A stretch of DNA of 64,000 nucleotides from NCBI GenBank assembly GCA_963790305.1, contig CAWBOC010000005.1, forward strand, positions 512,001-576,000. The letters are read 5' to 3'. Shown piece by piece: positions 18,988 to 28,874 of the stretch. A model generated the notes under the pieces. It was not told the origin of the DNA and did not search any database. It was given only the letters and a program-made list of their open reading frames with translations. The stretch's first letter is position 1; each line of letters opens with the position of its first letter. The position numbers were made by a program, and so were the translations under genes. Source of the stretch: an uncultured Gemmatimonadaceae bacterium (lineage in GTDB: Bacteria; Gemmatimonadota; Gemmatimonadetes; Gemmatimonadales; Gemmatimonadaceae).

Positions 18988-20151
18988 GTGGATTTCGCGC
19001 TGACCGCGGAGCAGGTCGAGCTCCGCGACAACGTTCTCGACTTCGCCCGCCGTGGTCTGAGTGCCGAGGCGGATGGAAGCGCCGCCGCGTCCATCGGCGG
19101 CTTCCGACGCGACCTGTGGGAACGCTGTGGGGAGTTCGGCATCCTCGGCTTGCCAGTCCCTAACGAGTACGGTGGCAGCGGGCACGACATGGTCACCACG
19201 ACCATCGCGATGGAGGCCCTCGGCGAGGGATGCCCCGATCACGGGCTGCTCTTCTCAATGCACGCGCACATGTGGGCAGTGGTGACGCCGATCATCGCGT
19301 TCGGTACACCGGAGCAGCGTGAACGCTATCTGCCGCGACTGGTGGACGGCTCATGGGTGGCGGCACATGGCATCAGCGAGCCCGGGTCCGGCTCCGACGC
19401 GTACTCGATGCGGGCGCGCGCGATCAAGGAGGGCGATCAGTACGTGCTGAACGGAACGAAGACGTTCGTGACGAACGCGCCGGTGGGTGACCTGTTCGTC
19501 GTCTTCGCCACCGTGAAGCCTGAACGCGGAATGTGGGGCGTGACCGCGTTTCTCATCGAGAAGGGAACGCCGGGACTTTCCGTCTCCCGTCCCTTCAAGA
19601 AGCTGGGTCTCACGACGTCGCCGATGGGCGAGGTCGTGCTCGACGATTGTCGCATCCCGGTTGCCAACCGGCTCGGGAAGGAAGGACAGGGTGCGACGAT
19701 CTTCAACCACTCGATGGGATGGGAGCGGAGCTGTATCCTTGCCAGTCAGGTGGGTCGAATGCAGCAGCAGCTCGACGCATGCGTTCGCTACGCCCAGGAG
19801 CGCGAACAGTTCGGGAAGCCGATTGGAAGCTTCCAGCTCGTCGCCGCCAAGATCGCCGACATGAAGGTGCGACTCGAGACGTCGCGCCTGCTCCTGTATC
19901 GCGCCGCGTGGCAGCTCTCGAGAGCCGCCGAGGGCAGTGCGATGGAAGCGGCGATGGCGAAGCTGTACATCAGCGAGTCAGCCGTGGCGTCGGCGCTCGA
20001 CGCCGTGCAACTGCACGGCGGCTATGGCTACATGCAGGACTTCCACGTCGAGCAGCAGTTGCGCGATTCCATTGGCGGCACCCTGTACTCCGGTACGTCG
20101 GAGATCCAGCGAATGCTCATCGCGCGCCACCTCGGACTCAGCCCCGCCTGA
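18988..20151 (+). CDS. Acyl-CoA dehydrogenase family, likely L-prolyl-PCP dehydrogenase (PltE/RedW-like)
   Basis: SEPGSGSD, LNGTKTFVTN, REQFGKPIGSFQ, HGGYGY, YSGTSEIQR; adjacent to A domain and carrier protein. Confidence 0.82.
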   Translation: MDFALTAEQVELRDNVLDFARRGLSAEADGSAAASIGGFRRDLWERCGEFGILGLPVPNEYGGSGHDMVTTTIAMEALGEGCPDHGLLFSMHAHMWAVVTPIIAFGTPEQRERYLPRLVDGSWVAAHGISEPGSGSDAYSMRARAIKEGDQYVLNGTKTFVTNAPVGDLFVVFATVKPERGMWGVTAFLIEKGTPGLSVSRPFKKLGLTTSPMGEVVLDDCRIPVANRLGKEGQGATIFNHSMGWERSCILASQVGRMQQQLDACVRYAQEREQFGKPIGSFQLVAAKIADMKVRLETSRLLLYRAAWQLSRAAEGSAMEAAMAKLYISESAVASALDAVQLHGGYGYMQDFHVEQQLRDSIGGTLYSGTSEIQRMLIARHLGLSPA

Positions 20152-20152
20152 C

Positions 20153-21748
20153 ATGAATTATCTCCTCTGGCATGCGCCGGCTCAGAGCGCGCGCGTATTT
20201 CCCAATCGACCGGCGGTGCAGGACACCGCCACGACCTTCACGCATCGCGAGCTGCACGAGCTCAGCAATGGCGTGGCTACCCTGCTCACGTCCTGCGGCC
20301 TAACGCGCGGTGAGCGCGTGGGAATGTGGATGCCGAAGCAGGCGCGCTCCGTCGCCGTCATGCTGGGCGCCTCGAAGTGCGGCGGCATCTACGTCCCTGT
20401 GGATCCGCAGGCCCCCGTCGAGCGGGCCGCGTACATCCTCGGCAACGCCGACATCAGCGTGCTGGTCACATCGCGCCGACTCCTGGCGTCGCTGTCGCAG
20501 CACATCGGAGCCTTTGCGTCCTTGCGCGCGATCGTCGTGGTCGATGAGAAGGACGCCGAGCTCTCGGGAAGGCCGGTGCCGACCTTCGGGTGGGGTGCCG
20601 TATCCCCGACGACGGAGCCGCCCGTGGTAGCGAACGCGGTGGACAGCGATCCCGCGTACATGCTCTACACGTCGGGCTCCACGGGAACACCCAAGGGCGT
20701 GGTGATCAGCCACCTCAACGCGCTCACCTTCATCGAGTGGACGATCGCGACGTTCGGTATTCGGCCCGAGGATCGACTGTCGGGCCACGCCCCGCTGCAC
20801 TTCGATCTTTCCGTGTTCGACATTTACGCCGCGCTCGGGACGGGTGCCTGCGTCGTGATGGTCCCCGACCGCATCGCACCCTTTCCAGCCGAGTTCGCGA
20901 AATGGATCGAGGACCAGAGGATCACGGTCTCGTACATGGTGCCCTCGGCGTTCATCCGGCTGCTGAAGCATGGTGAGCTCGAGCGGTTCAGCTATGCCTC
21001 GCTGCGCACGATCCTGTTCGCCGGCGAGGTGTTTCCGGTGAAGCACCTGCGCGAAGTGATGCCGCACTTCCCGAACGCGGACTGGTTCAATCTCTACGGG
21101 CCCACGGAGACGAACGTCTGCACGTGGACGCCTGTCCCCAAGCCGCTCGTTCAGGAGCATGAGCTCTCGATCGGCCAGTCGTGCGAGAACTTCGACTGCT
21201 TCGCGCTCACGAGCGATGGTCGCAAGGCGCGACCCGGAGAGGAAGGGGAGCTCGTCGTGCGCGGGCCTGGCGTCATGCTCGGCTACTGGAAGCTGCCCGA
21301 GCGCACGGCAAAGAATCTGACGCCAAATCCTCTGCACAAGGACTTCACCGATCTCATCTACCGCACCGGCGACCTGGTGCGCGTGCTCGAGGACGGCATC
21401 TCCTTCCAGTACATCGCTCGGCTCGACCATATGGTGAAGACACGCGGCTACCGCGTCGAGCTCGAGGAGATCGAGCACGTCCTGCACGCGAACACGCGCA
21501 TCCGCAACGCTGCGGTCGTGGCCATCCCCAATGACGAGGTCGGCGCGCGGCTTCGCGCGGCGGTCGTCGTCGAAGACGGGGACGGGCTGTCACAGCAGGA
21601 GCTTGCGACCCACTGTGCGACGAGGCTTCCGAGCTACGCGATTCCCGAGCTGTTCGTGATGATGCATGAGCTGCCCACGACGTCCACCGGGAAAGTGGAT
21701 CGTCGCAGTCTCGCCGAATCACTCGGACAATACACGGCGGCGGGGTGA
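20153..21748 (+). CDS. Stand-alone adenylation enzyme, predicted L-proline--PCP ligase (PltF/RedM-like)
   Basis: YTSGSTGTPKG, FDLSVFD, NLYGPTETNVC, YRTGD, PTTSTGKVDR; hand-extracted specificity code DLFYLALVCK. Confidence 0.82.
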   Translation: MNYLLWHAPAQSARVFPNRPAVQDTATTFTHRELHELSNGVATLLTSCGLTRGERVGMWMPKQARSVAVMLGASKCGGIYVPVDPQAPVERAAYILGNADISVLVTSRRLLASLSQHIGAFASLRAIVVVDEKDAELSGRPVPTFGWGAVSPTTEPPVVANAVDSDPAYMLYTSGSTGTPKGVVISHLNALTFIEWTIATFGIRPEDRLSGHAPLHFDLSVFDIYAALGTGACVVMVPDRIAPFPAEFAKWIEDQRITVSYMVPSAFIRLLKHGELERFSYASLRTILFAGEVFPVKHLREVMPHFPNADWFNLYGPTETNVCTWTPVPKPLVQEHELSIGQSCENFDCFALTSDGRKARPGEEGELVVRGPGVMLGYWKLPERTAKNLTPNPLHKDFTDLIYRTGDLVRVLEDGISFQYIARLDHMVKTRGYRVELEEIEHVLHANTRIRNAAVVAIPNDEVGARLRAAVVVEDGDGLSQQELATHCATRLPSYAIPELFVMMHELPTTSTGKVDRRSLAESLGQYTAAG

Positions 21749-21826
21749 CGGCATTGCGCAGTGCTCGACGGCCGGTGCAGCTTCAGCGCGGTGTCCTAAC
21801 GTGTTCTCCCATCGAATCGTACCAAC

Positions 21827-22078
21827 ATGCTACGGAATGACCTGACGAAGTTCATCCAGGAGAACCTCCTCCAGAAAGATCCGACCCCGGTCGGGCCGGA
21901 GGATTCCCTCATCGATAGCGGGATCATCAATTCGATGGGCCTGATCCGGCTCGTGAGCTTCATCGAGACTCGGACTGGCGTCCGCATTCCGGATGCGATG
22001 ATCACTCCGGACAACTTCGAGACGGTCACGGCGATCGAGCGGACGATCGACGAGGTGCGGCACCAGCGCGGGGTCTGA
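21827..22078 (+). CDS. Peptidyl/acyl carrier protein (PltL-like)
   Basis: 83 aa, SGIINSMGLIRLV phosphopantetheine Ser motif, ITPDNFETV. Confidence 0.88.
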   Translation: MLRNDLTKFIQENLLQKDPTPVGPEDSLIDSGIINSMGLIRLVSFIETRTGVRIPDAMITPDNFETVTAIERTIDEVRHQRGV

Positions 22079-22202
22079 CGGCGGGCAGCACGTTCGGCAG
22101 TACGTGATGTCAGGGGATGGAAGCTGTTGCCGGCGCGGGGATTGGTCGTCACCCATGAGATCCTACCGCCTCCTCGAAGTCCCCCCGCCTCGAGAGCCTG
22201 CC

Positions 22203-22925
22203 ATGTCCGAACGAATTGCCCCGCCATGTCCCCACGACGTGGGGCCTGGCATACCAGTCTGCCTTCGCTGTCGTAAGGAGAACCGCGTAACGACGCGAGA
22301 GCGTCGTCGGCGCGCACTTTTTGCCACGGCCGCCCTTGCCCTTGGAATCGCCACCATTGGAGCCGCGGGCGCCGCCGGCATGCTCGACAGCGAGCTGCGT
22401 GCGGCCGGTTTCACAAGACCTGAAGCAGCGGTGCCCTCTACGCCCTCGGTATCCGAGCCGCAGAGCGCCCCCGCGACTGCACCAGATTCTGCACCCGTTG
22501 TGTCCATCGCGTCCGAAGACACCGTGGTGAGCGTAGCGAGCGTGACCACCCCACCCGCACCAGAGCTCGCTCCCACCATTGGTGAAGGCCGGACGGCGTT
22601 ACGCGATGGGATCGTCGCGCAGCGAAGCGGTGATGAGATCACGGTCCACTTCGATACTCCGCTGTCGCGCACGCGGCGGCCGGAGAAGTTCGAAGGGGTC
22701 CTGCGCGCGACGCTCCCGCAGATCTTTGGAGCCTCGGTCGATTCCGCGCTCGCCACCATGCCCACGGGCACGCTGGTGCCTCCGCACGGTCTGACGACGG
22801 ACCTGCCGACGCAGGGACTCTACGTCCCCATACCCGGCGGATCGACGCTCCGCGTCTGGCCCGAGACGCGTTCCGGGGAGGACGGCCCGCTGGTGGTGCG
22901 CTACCGCGTGCTCGTGGTTTCCTAG
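22203..22925 (+). CDS. Hypothetical membrane-anchored protein with N-terminal Cys/His cluster
   Basis: CPH...CLRC, TM helix, Pro/Ser linker, C-terminal domain. Confidence 0.6.
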   Translation: MSERIAPPCPHDVGPGIPVCLRCRKENRVTTRERRRRALFATAALALGIATIGAAGAAGMLDSELRAAGFTRPEAAVPSTPSVSEPQSAPATAPDSAPVVSIASEDTVVSVASVTTPPAPELAPTIGEGRTALRDGIVAQRSGDEITVHFDTPLSRTRRPEKFEGVLRATLPQIFGASVDSALATMPTGTLVPPHGLTTDLPTQGLYVPIPGGSTLRVWPETRSGEDGPLVVRYRVLVVS

Positions 22926-22940
22926 CCCGGCCTGCCGCCG

Positions 22941-24350
22941 TTAGGCGGCGTTGCGCCTCGGCACTCGCAGGGTACGTGTTTCTCCATCCATGCCCTGCCG
23001 TATGACCAGCCGCGCATTCTGACAGATCGGGAAGTCATCGAACACCGGCTGTAGCGCGACCAGGAGCGCATCCGCGCTCGGTCCGTAGTGATAGAGTGCT
23101 GTCTCGGTAGGACCATTCCACGCGCCGCGCAGCTCACCGTTCACCGAATCGGCCGCCAGGGCGAGACGCTCCATCAGCGCGTCAATGTCCGTCTCCGCAT
23201 AGATCTCGTCGGGGAGGCTCGTGCCATCGAGGTAAACTGCCAGCCCTTCCTGCACGCCAAAGGGCTGTTCGACGTCCACGCCATCCTGCTGGAAGAGGAA
23301 TTGCGACCCCACGGGCGCGCCAGCGTCCTCGAGGATTCGCTTGGCGACATCGAGCGACTCGTCGAGATTCGCCAGCGACAACTCGACATCGACATACCCG
23401 ATCTCGGCGGCCGAGGTGAGCTGGGAGCCGCCGCCGGTGACCCATCCGAGCATGCGGATGCTGAGCGCGTCCTGCACTGGATCTTCGTAGCGCGCTCCAC
23501 GATCCATGGGCTCTATGTGCTCGGGGATGCGCGCAATGACGACATGCGGGAAGCGGTCACGGTCGACCACATCCTCGCGCACTGCTCCGAGGCGCAGCGG
23601 CGCGGGAGCGGCGCTGATCTCGCCGCGCATCCACTCCGGATGTCGCTGGATGGCATCGAGGATCGGCTCGCCCTGGATCTCGAAGTTCTCGCCGAGCATG
23701 GTTCGCAGCATCGGCTCGAACAGCCCGACGCCCAACTGCTCCCGGAATTCCGCGAGGGTGCGCTCGTCCTTGGCATAGCGCGCGAAGAGCTCGTCCGCAT
23801 CGGTCAGCCGCAGCGGAGCATGGCCCGTGGCGGCGACGCGCTCACCATGAGTCCGGAGGGTCGAGCGCGTGTCGACGGTGGCATCGACACGCTCGACGAC
23901 GAGGTCCGGCGGCATGGGGAGACCGTTGTCGATCGTTCCGCGCGCCGTCACGAGCACACGCCCATCGGCGAGCCAGCTGTGGAGGACGAGGCACTGTACC
24001 GGGTCGCCCTCGGCCGCGGGCACCTCGAACCACATGGCGGCGATCGCGCCGTGGGCGCCGAGCGCGAACCGGACGAACGACTTCTTCGACACGTCGGTGA
24101 GGATGAGCGCGGCGTCCTCGAAATCGCCCAGCGTCTCGAAGCCGACTCTCGTCAGCTCGCGCTCGACTCTCTGGTAAAAGCTGACGTCACGCTCGGGGAA
24201 ATCGGACGCATCCACCCGCTCGTAGCGGGCGCGATGCTCGATCATCGTCCGAATCTGGGCCACGAGCGTTTGCGCTACCTGCTCGAAGACCTCGGCCGGA
24301 AGGGCATCGCCGACTCCATTGCCGTCGTCCTCGTATTCGTCTGCTTGCAT
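22941..24350 (-). CDS. Hypothetical two-domain acidic protein
   Basis: Long ORF with GC-rich codon usage; start MQADEYEDD chosen to avoid overlap with argJ. Confidence 0.65.
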   Translation of the reverse strand: MQADEYEDDGNGVGDALPAEVFEQVAQTLVAQIRTMIEHRARYERVDASDFPERDVSFYQRVERELTRVGFETLGDFEDAALILTDVSKKSFVRFALGAHGAIAAMWFEVPAAEGDPVQCLVLHSWLADGRVLVTARGTIDNGLPMPPDLVVERVDATVDTRSTLRTHGERVAATGHAPLRLTDADELFARYAKDERTLAEFREQLGVGLFEPMLRTMLGENFEIQGEPILDAIQRHPEWMRGEISAAPAPLRLGAVREDVVDRDRFPHVVIARIPEHIEPMDRGARYEDPVQDALSIRMLGWVTGGGSQLTSAAEIGYVDVELSLANLDESLDVAKRILEDAGAPVGSQFLFQQDGVDVEQPFGVQEGLAVYLDGTSLPDEIYAETDIDALMERLALAADSVNGELRGAWNGPTETALYHYGPSADALLVALQPVFDDFPICQNARLVIRQGMDGETRTLRVPRRNAA

Positions 24351-24438
24351 CTCCCGCTCTAGATGAAAGGGCTGGAGGAGAGACTGGTCAGACGGCGGGG
24401 AGGCAACGGGACGCCGTTCGCAGTATTCTTCCCGCACG

Positions 24439-25602
24439 ATGTTCCACGACCCGCCTCGGTTTCCGCGCGGCTTTCGAACGGCGAGCCGCAACTGCGGCCT
24501 CAAGCCGTCGGCGAAAGACCTCGCCGTGTTCGTGAGCCAAGTGGACGCTGCCGCGGCGGCGGTGTTCACGCGCAATCTCTTTCCCGGAGCGCCGGTACTG
24601 CTGGGGCGGGAGACGATTCGCGGTGGCGTACTCCGGGCAATCGTCGTGAACAGCAAGGTGAGCAACGTGGCGACGGGAGAGCGTGGTCTCGCGGCAGCAC
24701 GGCGCATGGCGACGGCGGCTGCTCAGGCGTTAGGCACGTCGCCCGATCGCGTGCTCGTCAGCTCGACCGGCGTCATCGGCGTTCCCCTGCCCATCGAGAA
24801 GATCGAGCGAGGACTCAATGGCATCGCGGACGATCTCGTCGATGATCCGCGCGTTGGCGCCGAGGGCATCATGACGACCGACTCGCATCCCAAGGCGCTC
24901 TCGCTGGGCGTCGGTGATGCCACCATCACCTGGGTGGCGAAAGGCTCCGGAATGATCGAGCCGAACATGGCGACGATGCTGTCCTACATCATGACGGACG
25001 CGGCGATCACGGCGCAGGCGCTCGACCGGCTCCTGCGCGAGGTCGTGGACGTCTCGTTCAACATGCTGTCGGTCGACACCGACACGAGCACGTCCGATAC
25101 CTGCGTCATTCTCGCCAATGGCCTGGCCGGACCGGTCGAGGGCGATGCCTTTCGCAAGGCGCTCACGACGGGATCCCTTCGCATGACGGAAATCCTCGCA
25201 CGCGACGGGGAAGGCGCAACCAAGCTGCTGCGGGCGACGGTCCGCGGCGCCGTCAATGCGGCCGAGGCGCGCCGGATCGCGAAGTCCATCGTGAACTCGC
25301 CGCTGGTGAAGACGATGGTCCACGGCGCCGATCCGAACGTTGGCCGGCTGCTCATGGCGGTCGGCAAGTGCTTCGAGTGCACGATTCGTCCAGAGGCCAC
25401 CGAGGCATGGATCAACGGCCAGAAGGTCGTGCACCAGGGCGAGCGGACGTCGTTCGAAGAATCCGCCGTGCGTGCCGCGCTCGCCACCGATACGACCGAT
25501 ATTCTTGTCTCGCTCGGGGTCGGCGACGGGGAAGCAACTGCCTTTGGGTGCGATCTTAGTGCGGGGTACATCTCTGAGAATGCGGCTTACTATTCCAGCT
25601 AA
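24439..25602 (+). CDS. argJ: Bifunctional ornithine acetyltransferase / N-acetylglutamate synthase
   Basis: SSTGVIG, IMTTD, KGSGMIEPNMATML autocleavage site, DTSTSD, RDGEGATK. Confidence 0.95.
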   Translation: MFHDPPRFPRGFRTASRNCGLKPSAKDLAVFVSQVDAAAAAVFTRNLFPGAPVLLGRETIRGGVLRAIVVNSKVSNVATGERGLAAARRMATAAAQALGTSPDRVLVSSTGVIGVPLPIEKIERGLNGIADDLVDDPRVGAEGIMTTDSHPKALSLGVGDATITWVAKGSGMIEPNMATMLSYIMTDAAITAQALDRLLREVVDVSFNMLSVDTDTSTSDTCVILANGLAGPVEGDAFRKALTTGSLRMTEILARDGEGATKLLRATVRGAVNAAEARRIAKSIVNSPLVKTMVHGADPNVGRLLMAVGKCFECTIRPEATEAWINGQKVVHQGERTSFEESAVRAALATDTTDILVSLGVGDGEATAFGCDLSAGYISENAAYYSS

Positions 25603-25617
25603 TACCCAAGACGTTGT

Positions 25618-25658
25618 TTCTGATAACTGAAACCTGACGTCTGATCCCTGACGTCTTC
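25618..25658. repeat. Degenerate CTGA(CGT) heptamer tandem repeat
   Basis: ttctgataactgaaacctgacgtctgatccctgacgtcttc; similar to the right arm at 4577-4616. Confidence 0.6.
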
Positions 25659-25670
25659 GGGTGTTGACCT

Positions 25671-26141
25671 ATGTCATCGATGCCGACTGTGCGTCGCGCT
25701 CACGTTCGTGACTCTGCTTCCATCTCAGAGCTGATCGGCCTCTACGTCGCCGACGGCACCCTCCTGCCGCGCGCCCCGGAGTTCATCGCCGAGCGGATCA
25801 TCGATTTTCTGGTGAGCGAGGAAGAAGGGCGGGTCGTCGGGTGCGTGCACCTCGACGAGTATTCACCGAGTCTCGTCGAGGTCCGGTCGCTGGCCGTCGA
25901 CCCGGATTACCAGCGGCGGGGAATCGGGATCGCGCTCGTCGAAGCGGCGGAGAAGCTGGCGCGCGTTCGCGAGTACGCCACGGTGTTCGCCGTCAGCAGC
26001 AACGAGGACTTCTTCCGCGCGCGCGGTTACGACATACGACACATCCCGGAGCTCGACCGCGAACGCAGCGAGGTGAGTCGCTACAAAGGGGTGTACGCCA
26101 AAGATCTGGGCGTGACGGCGCCAGCGACTCAATCCTTGTAG
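25671..26141 (+). CDS. GNAT acetyltransferase, probable short ArgA-type N-acetylglutamate synthase
   Basis: GTLLPR, EVRSLAVDP, QRRGIG acetyl-CoA motif; directly after argJ. Confidence 0.75.
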   Translation: MSSMPTVRRAHVRDSASISELIGLYVADGTLLPRAPEFIAERIIDFLVSEEEGRVVGCVHLDEYSPSLVEVRSLAVDPDYQRRGIGIALVEAAEKLARVREYATVFAVSSNEDFFRARGYDIRHIPELDRERSEVSRYKGVYAKDLGVTAPATQSL

Positions 26142-27349
26142 GGATCGAACTCGTTGGCGCCAGCCATCACCACCACGAGTGGCCGCAGCGTGTGCAGCAC
26201 CTCGACCGTTCCTTCCTGGGCCGCGAGGACCTCGGGAAGACGACGGTAGACGTGCGGGCTCTCGTCGAGCCCGCCACCGCGCAGGATCACTCCCTTCGCA
26301 CCGATCCACTCTTTCATCATCTCCGGCGTGACGCGGCCGGGAGAGACGATGCGCGCCTTCGGGCCCCATCCCTTCTTCTTGCCGGCGGCCTGCGAGCGGG
26401 ACATCACACGCCCCGCGCCGTGCACCGTCGAGAACAGCGCCTCGCGCTGCACCGCCGCGACATCGTCGCCCTGGCGGCCCTGCACGATGACCGCGTCGTC
26501 CCCCATCGAGCCACCGATGAATCCCTTCTGACCGGGAAACGCCGGCGTCGCGCCCTTGCGAACGACCACGAACTCTTCGCCATCGTGCGTCTCCTTCCAG
26601 GCGAAGTTGTGGTGATTGTGCACGAGCTCCATCTCGCGACCGCCGAGGATGGACACGACCTTGCGAGCGACCCACTCGCGACCGGCATATGCGTACCGGC
26701 CGGCGAGATTCATCAGGTGCCAGTAGTCGTGGCCCAGCGGCTCGTTGATGTCGAGCAGCGCCTCGCGCTCAGGAACCCGCTCGCCCCACTTCTTCCCCTG
26801 GCCTAACGCGAGGAAGCCGGAGGCGACGGTGTGCCCAAAGCCGCGGCTGCCGAAGTGCACGCCGACCCACAGCGTGCCCGTCTCATCGGCGAAGACGTCA
26901 ACGTAGTGATTGCCGCTGCCGACGGTGCCCAGCTGCGAGCGCGCCTTGTCGACGAGCGTCTTCCGCTCGCGCGCAGGCGCGGCGTCCCACGCCTCATCGT
27001 GAAAGAGCGCGTGATCGATCGGCGCGTCATCGGCGCGATTCTTCCGCCCGATGCCGAAGCTGACCGTGTTGGCGATCTCATCGGCAATTGCTCCCAGTGC
27101 GCCACGCTGCGCGACGTCGGTGTCCCCGAGGTCTGCGACGGTGAGATTGGTGCGAATGGCCGCGTTGCCGCAGGCGATGTCGAAGCCGACGCCGACCACG
27201 GACACCTTGTCGCGGTAGGCGGCAACTCCGCCGATGGGCATGACGTAGCCCACGTGGCCGTCCGCCATGAGCGCAACACGCTCGGCGGTCTGTGCCACCT
27301 TCTGGAGCTGGATGATGGTTTGTTCGTCGTGCTGGCCGAAAATCTTCAT
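26129..27349 (-). CDS. rtcB: RNA 2',3'-cyclic phosphate/5'-OH ligase RtcB
   Basis: DGHVGY, DIACG, GSGNHY, HFGSRG, HHNF, RKGATPA, HGAGR, DESP. Confidence 0.93.
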   Translation of the reverse strand: MKIFGQHDEQTIIQLQKVAQTAERVALMADGHVGYVMPIGGVAAYRDKVSVVGVGFDIACGNAAIRTNLTVADLGDTDVAQRGALGAIADEIANTVSFGIGRKNRADDAPIDHALFHDEAWDAAPARERKTLVDKARSQLGTVGSGNHYVDVFADETGTLWVGVHFGSRGFGHTVASGFLALGQGKKWGERVPEREALLDINEPLGHDYWHLMNLAGRYAYAGREWVARKVVSILGGREMELVHNHHNFAWKETHDGEEFVVVRKGATPAFPGQKGFIGGSMGDDAVIVQGRQGDDVAAVQREALFSTVHGAGRVMSRSQAAGKKKGWGPKARIVSPGRVTPEMMKEWIGAKGVILRGGGLDESPHVYRRLPEVLAAQEGTVEVLHTLRPLVVVMAGANEFDPYKD

Positions 27350-27356
27350 GGACGTC

Positions 27357-27437
27357 TGAGGTCGTCGAGGTGGTCAAGGGTGTCGAGGTGATCGAGGTGT
27401 GGTCGCCTTGATCGCCTCGACGCCCTCGACAACCTCA
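27357..27437. repeat. Tandem-inverted 9-mer repeat (GTCGAGGGT-like)
   Basis: gtcgaggtg-gtcaagggt-gtcgaggtg-atcgaggtg ... cctcgacgc-cctcgacaa-cctca. Confidence 0.75.
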
Positions 27438-27956
27438 TTTCATGAACATTCCGCCCTTTTCGTCGCCCGAATCGTTGTACACGGCGGGGACACGGACGCC
27501 CAGGAGGCGGAAATAGGTTCCGAGCTGCGCTCGGTGGTGCACCATGTGGTTCAGGCAAAGCGTGCGATAAATGAGATAGCGGGGTTGCGTGAACAGCGCG
27601 GCGCCGTTGGCGACGAGTGACCATGACTTCTGCAGGTGCGGGTCGCTTGCCTTTCCGAGAGCGGCGCGCAACCCGAGCATGTTCGTGTCGAACATGTCGA
27701 GCATCTCCCGATGCGAACGCACGACTTCCTGCTGCGGCAGCGGCTCACCCCCGGGAGCGACATCGAGAGAATCCGTCGTGAGGGCGAACTGGCCCCACGT
27801 TGGAAGCACGGCGATGAAGGTCGCGAGCTCCCCCAACGTCATTGATTTGCTGTGCGGCTTGAATCCCAGACTCTCCATTGGAACGCGCTCGAGATGCTTC
27901 CGTGTGAACGCGGCTTCGAGATCGAGCTCCGGAAGCAGAAGGTCCCGCACGGGCAT
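27435..27956 (-). CDS. DinB/YfiT-family protein
   Basis: KPHSKSMTLGELA, NHMVHHRAQLGTYFRLLG. Confidence 0.9.
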   Translation of the reverse strand: MPVRDLLLPELDLEAAFTRKHLERVPMESLGFKPHSKSMTLGELATFIAVLPTWGQFALTTDSLDVAPGGEPLPQQEVVRSHREMLDMFDTNMLGLRAALGKASDPHLQKSWSLVANGAALFTQPRYLIYRTLCLNHMVHHRAQLGTYFRLLGVRVPAVYNDSGDEKGGMFMK

Positions 27957-27991
27957 TGGTATCTCTCCTGAAACGGTCGTTCCTGCACCCA

Positions 27992-28762
27992 TCACGCGCT
28001 TGCTTTCGCGCGAGAGGTGTGCCGTCGGGCCGCCAGCGACGCGTCGGCGCGTGCGCTGGCGAGCCCCACGTACAAACCGCGGCCGCTGAGGCCTTCAGCA
28101 TCGAAGACCGTGATGAGTCCGGCAGCGGTGAACGCCGACAGATACTGCTCATGTGTGAACAGCCGTACATGGTGCCGCTCGAAGAATCGCTCGACGCCGT
28201 TCTCCGACGCGACCATGTGGTGCATGTCGAGCACGGCGACGTCGCCTTCGCGCCGGCTCACGCCAACGCGCGCGATCTTCAACCCCTCACCCTCGGCGAC
28301 ATCGACGTGCAGGTGCCCGTCGATGAAGCGGTCCGGCGTGAGCCACGGCTCCACGATGACGAGACCACCCGGCAGAACGTGCCGTGCCATCGTCGCGATG
28401 GCGCGACGCAGCTCGCTCACGCTACCCAGGTAGCCGATCGCGCTGAACAAGCACGTGACGGCATCGAAGCGCTCGCCGAGGGCGAAGTGCCGCATGTCGT
28501 ACTGAAAGAGCGGCACGTCGGGCAGCCGACGGCGTGCGACGGCGATCATCCAGGGCGACAGCTCGACACCCTCGACATCGTACCAGGTCCGCAGGTGCGA
28601 GAGATGGACTCCCGTCCCGCACGCCACGTCGAGCAGCGTGCGACGTTCGCGGCGCGGCGTGCGCGCGCAACGGTCGATCACGCCGTGGATGAGGCGTGCT
28701 TCGTTCGCGTAGTCCTTCGTCGCGTAGATCACGTCGTAGAGCTCAGCCAATCGCGTATACAT
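27992..28762 (-). CDS. Class I SAM-dependent methyltransferase (amino-sugar N-methyltransferase-like)
   Basis: YDVIYATKDYANE, LLDVACGTG, FDAVTCLFSAIGY, IVEPW. Confidence 0.88.
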   Translation of the reverse strand: MYTRLAELYDVIYATKDYANEARLIHGVIDRCARTPRRERRTLLDVACGTGVHLSHLRTWYDVEGVELSPWMIAVARRRLPDVPLFQYDMRHFALGERFDAVTCLFSAIGYLGSVSELRRAIATMARHVLPGGLVIVEPWLTPDRFIDGHLHVDVAEGEGLKIARVGVSRREGDVAVLDMHHMVASENGVERFFERHHVRLFTHEQYLSAFTAAGLITVFDAEGLSGRGLYVGLASARADASLAARRHTSRAKASA

Positions 28763-28842
28763 GGTCCTGTCCTCGTGCATGGGCGGGGAGAGGAGGTGTT
28801 TGAGCCTTTACACCGCGAGCCTCTCCCCACCGGGACATCAAG

Positions 28843-28873
28843 TGCGAATGCGGAATGCGGAATTCGGAATTCG
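28843..28873. repeat. Heptamer tandem repeat (GCGGAAT)
   Basis: tgcgaatgcggaatgcggaattcggaattcg. Confidence 0.7.
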
Positions 28874-28874
28874 A

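Noticed and set aside
20153..22078. dltA/dltC teichoic-acid alanylation operon
   Set aside because: No dltB or dltD, an ACAD is present, and the specificity code fits proline
22941..24350. Toxin-immunity gene assignment
   Set aside because: Only a vague resemblance, with no adjacent toxin or recognisable motif
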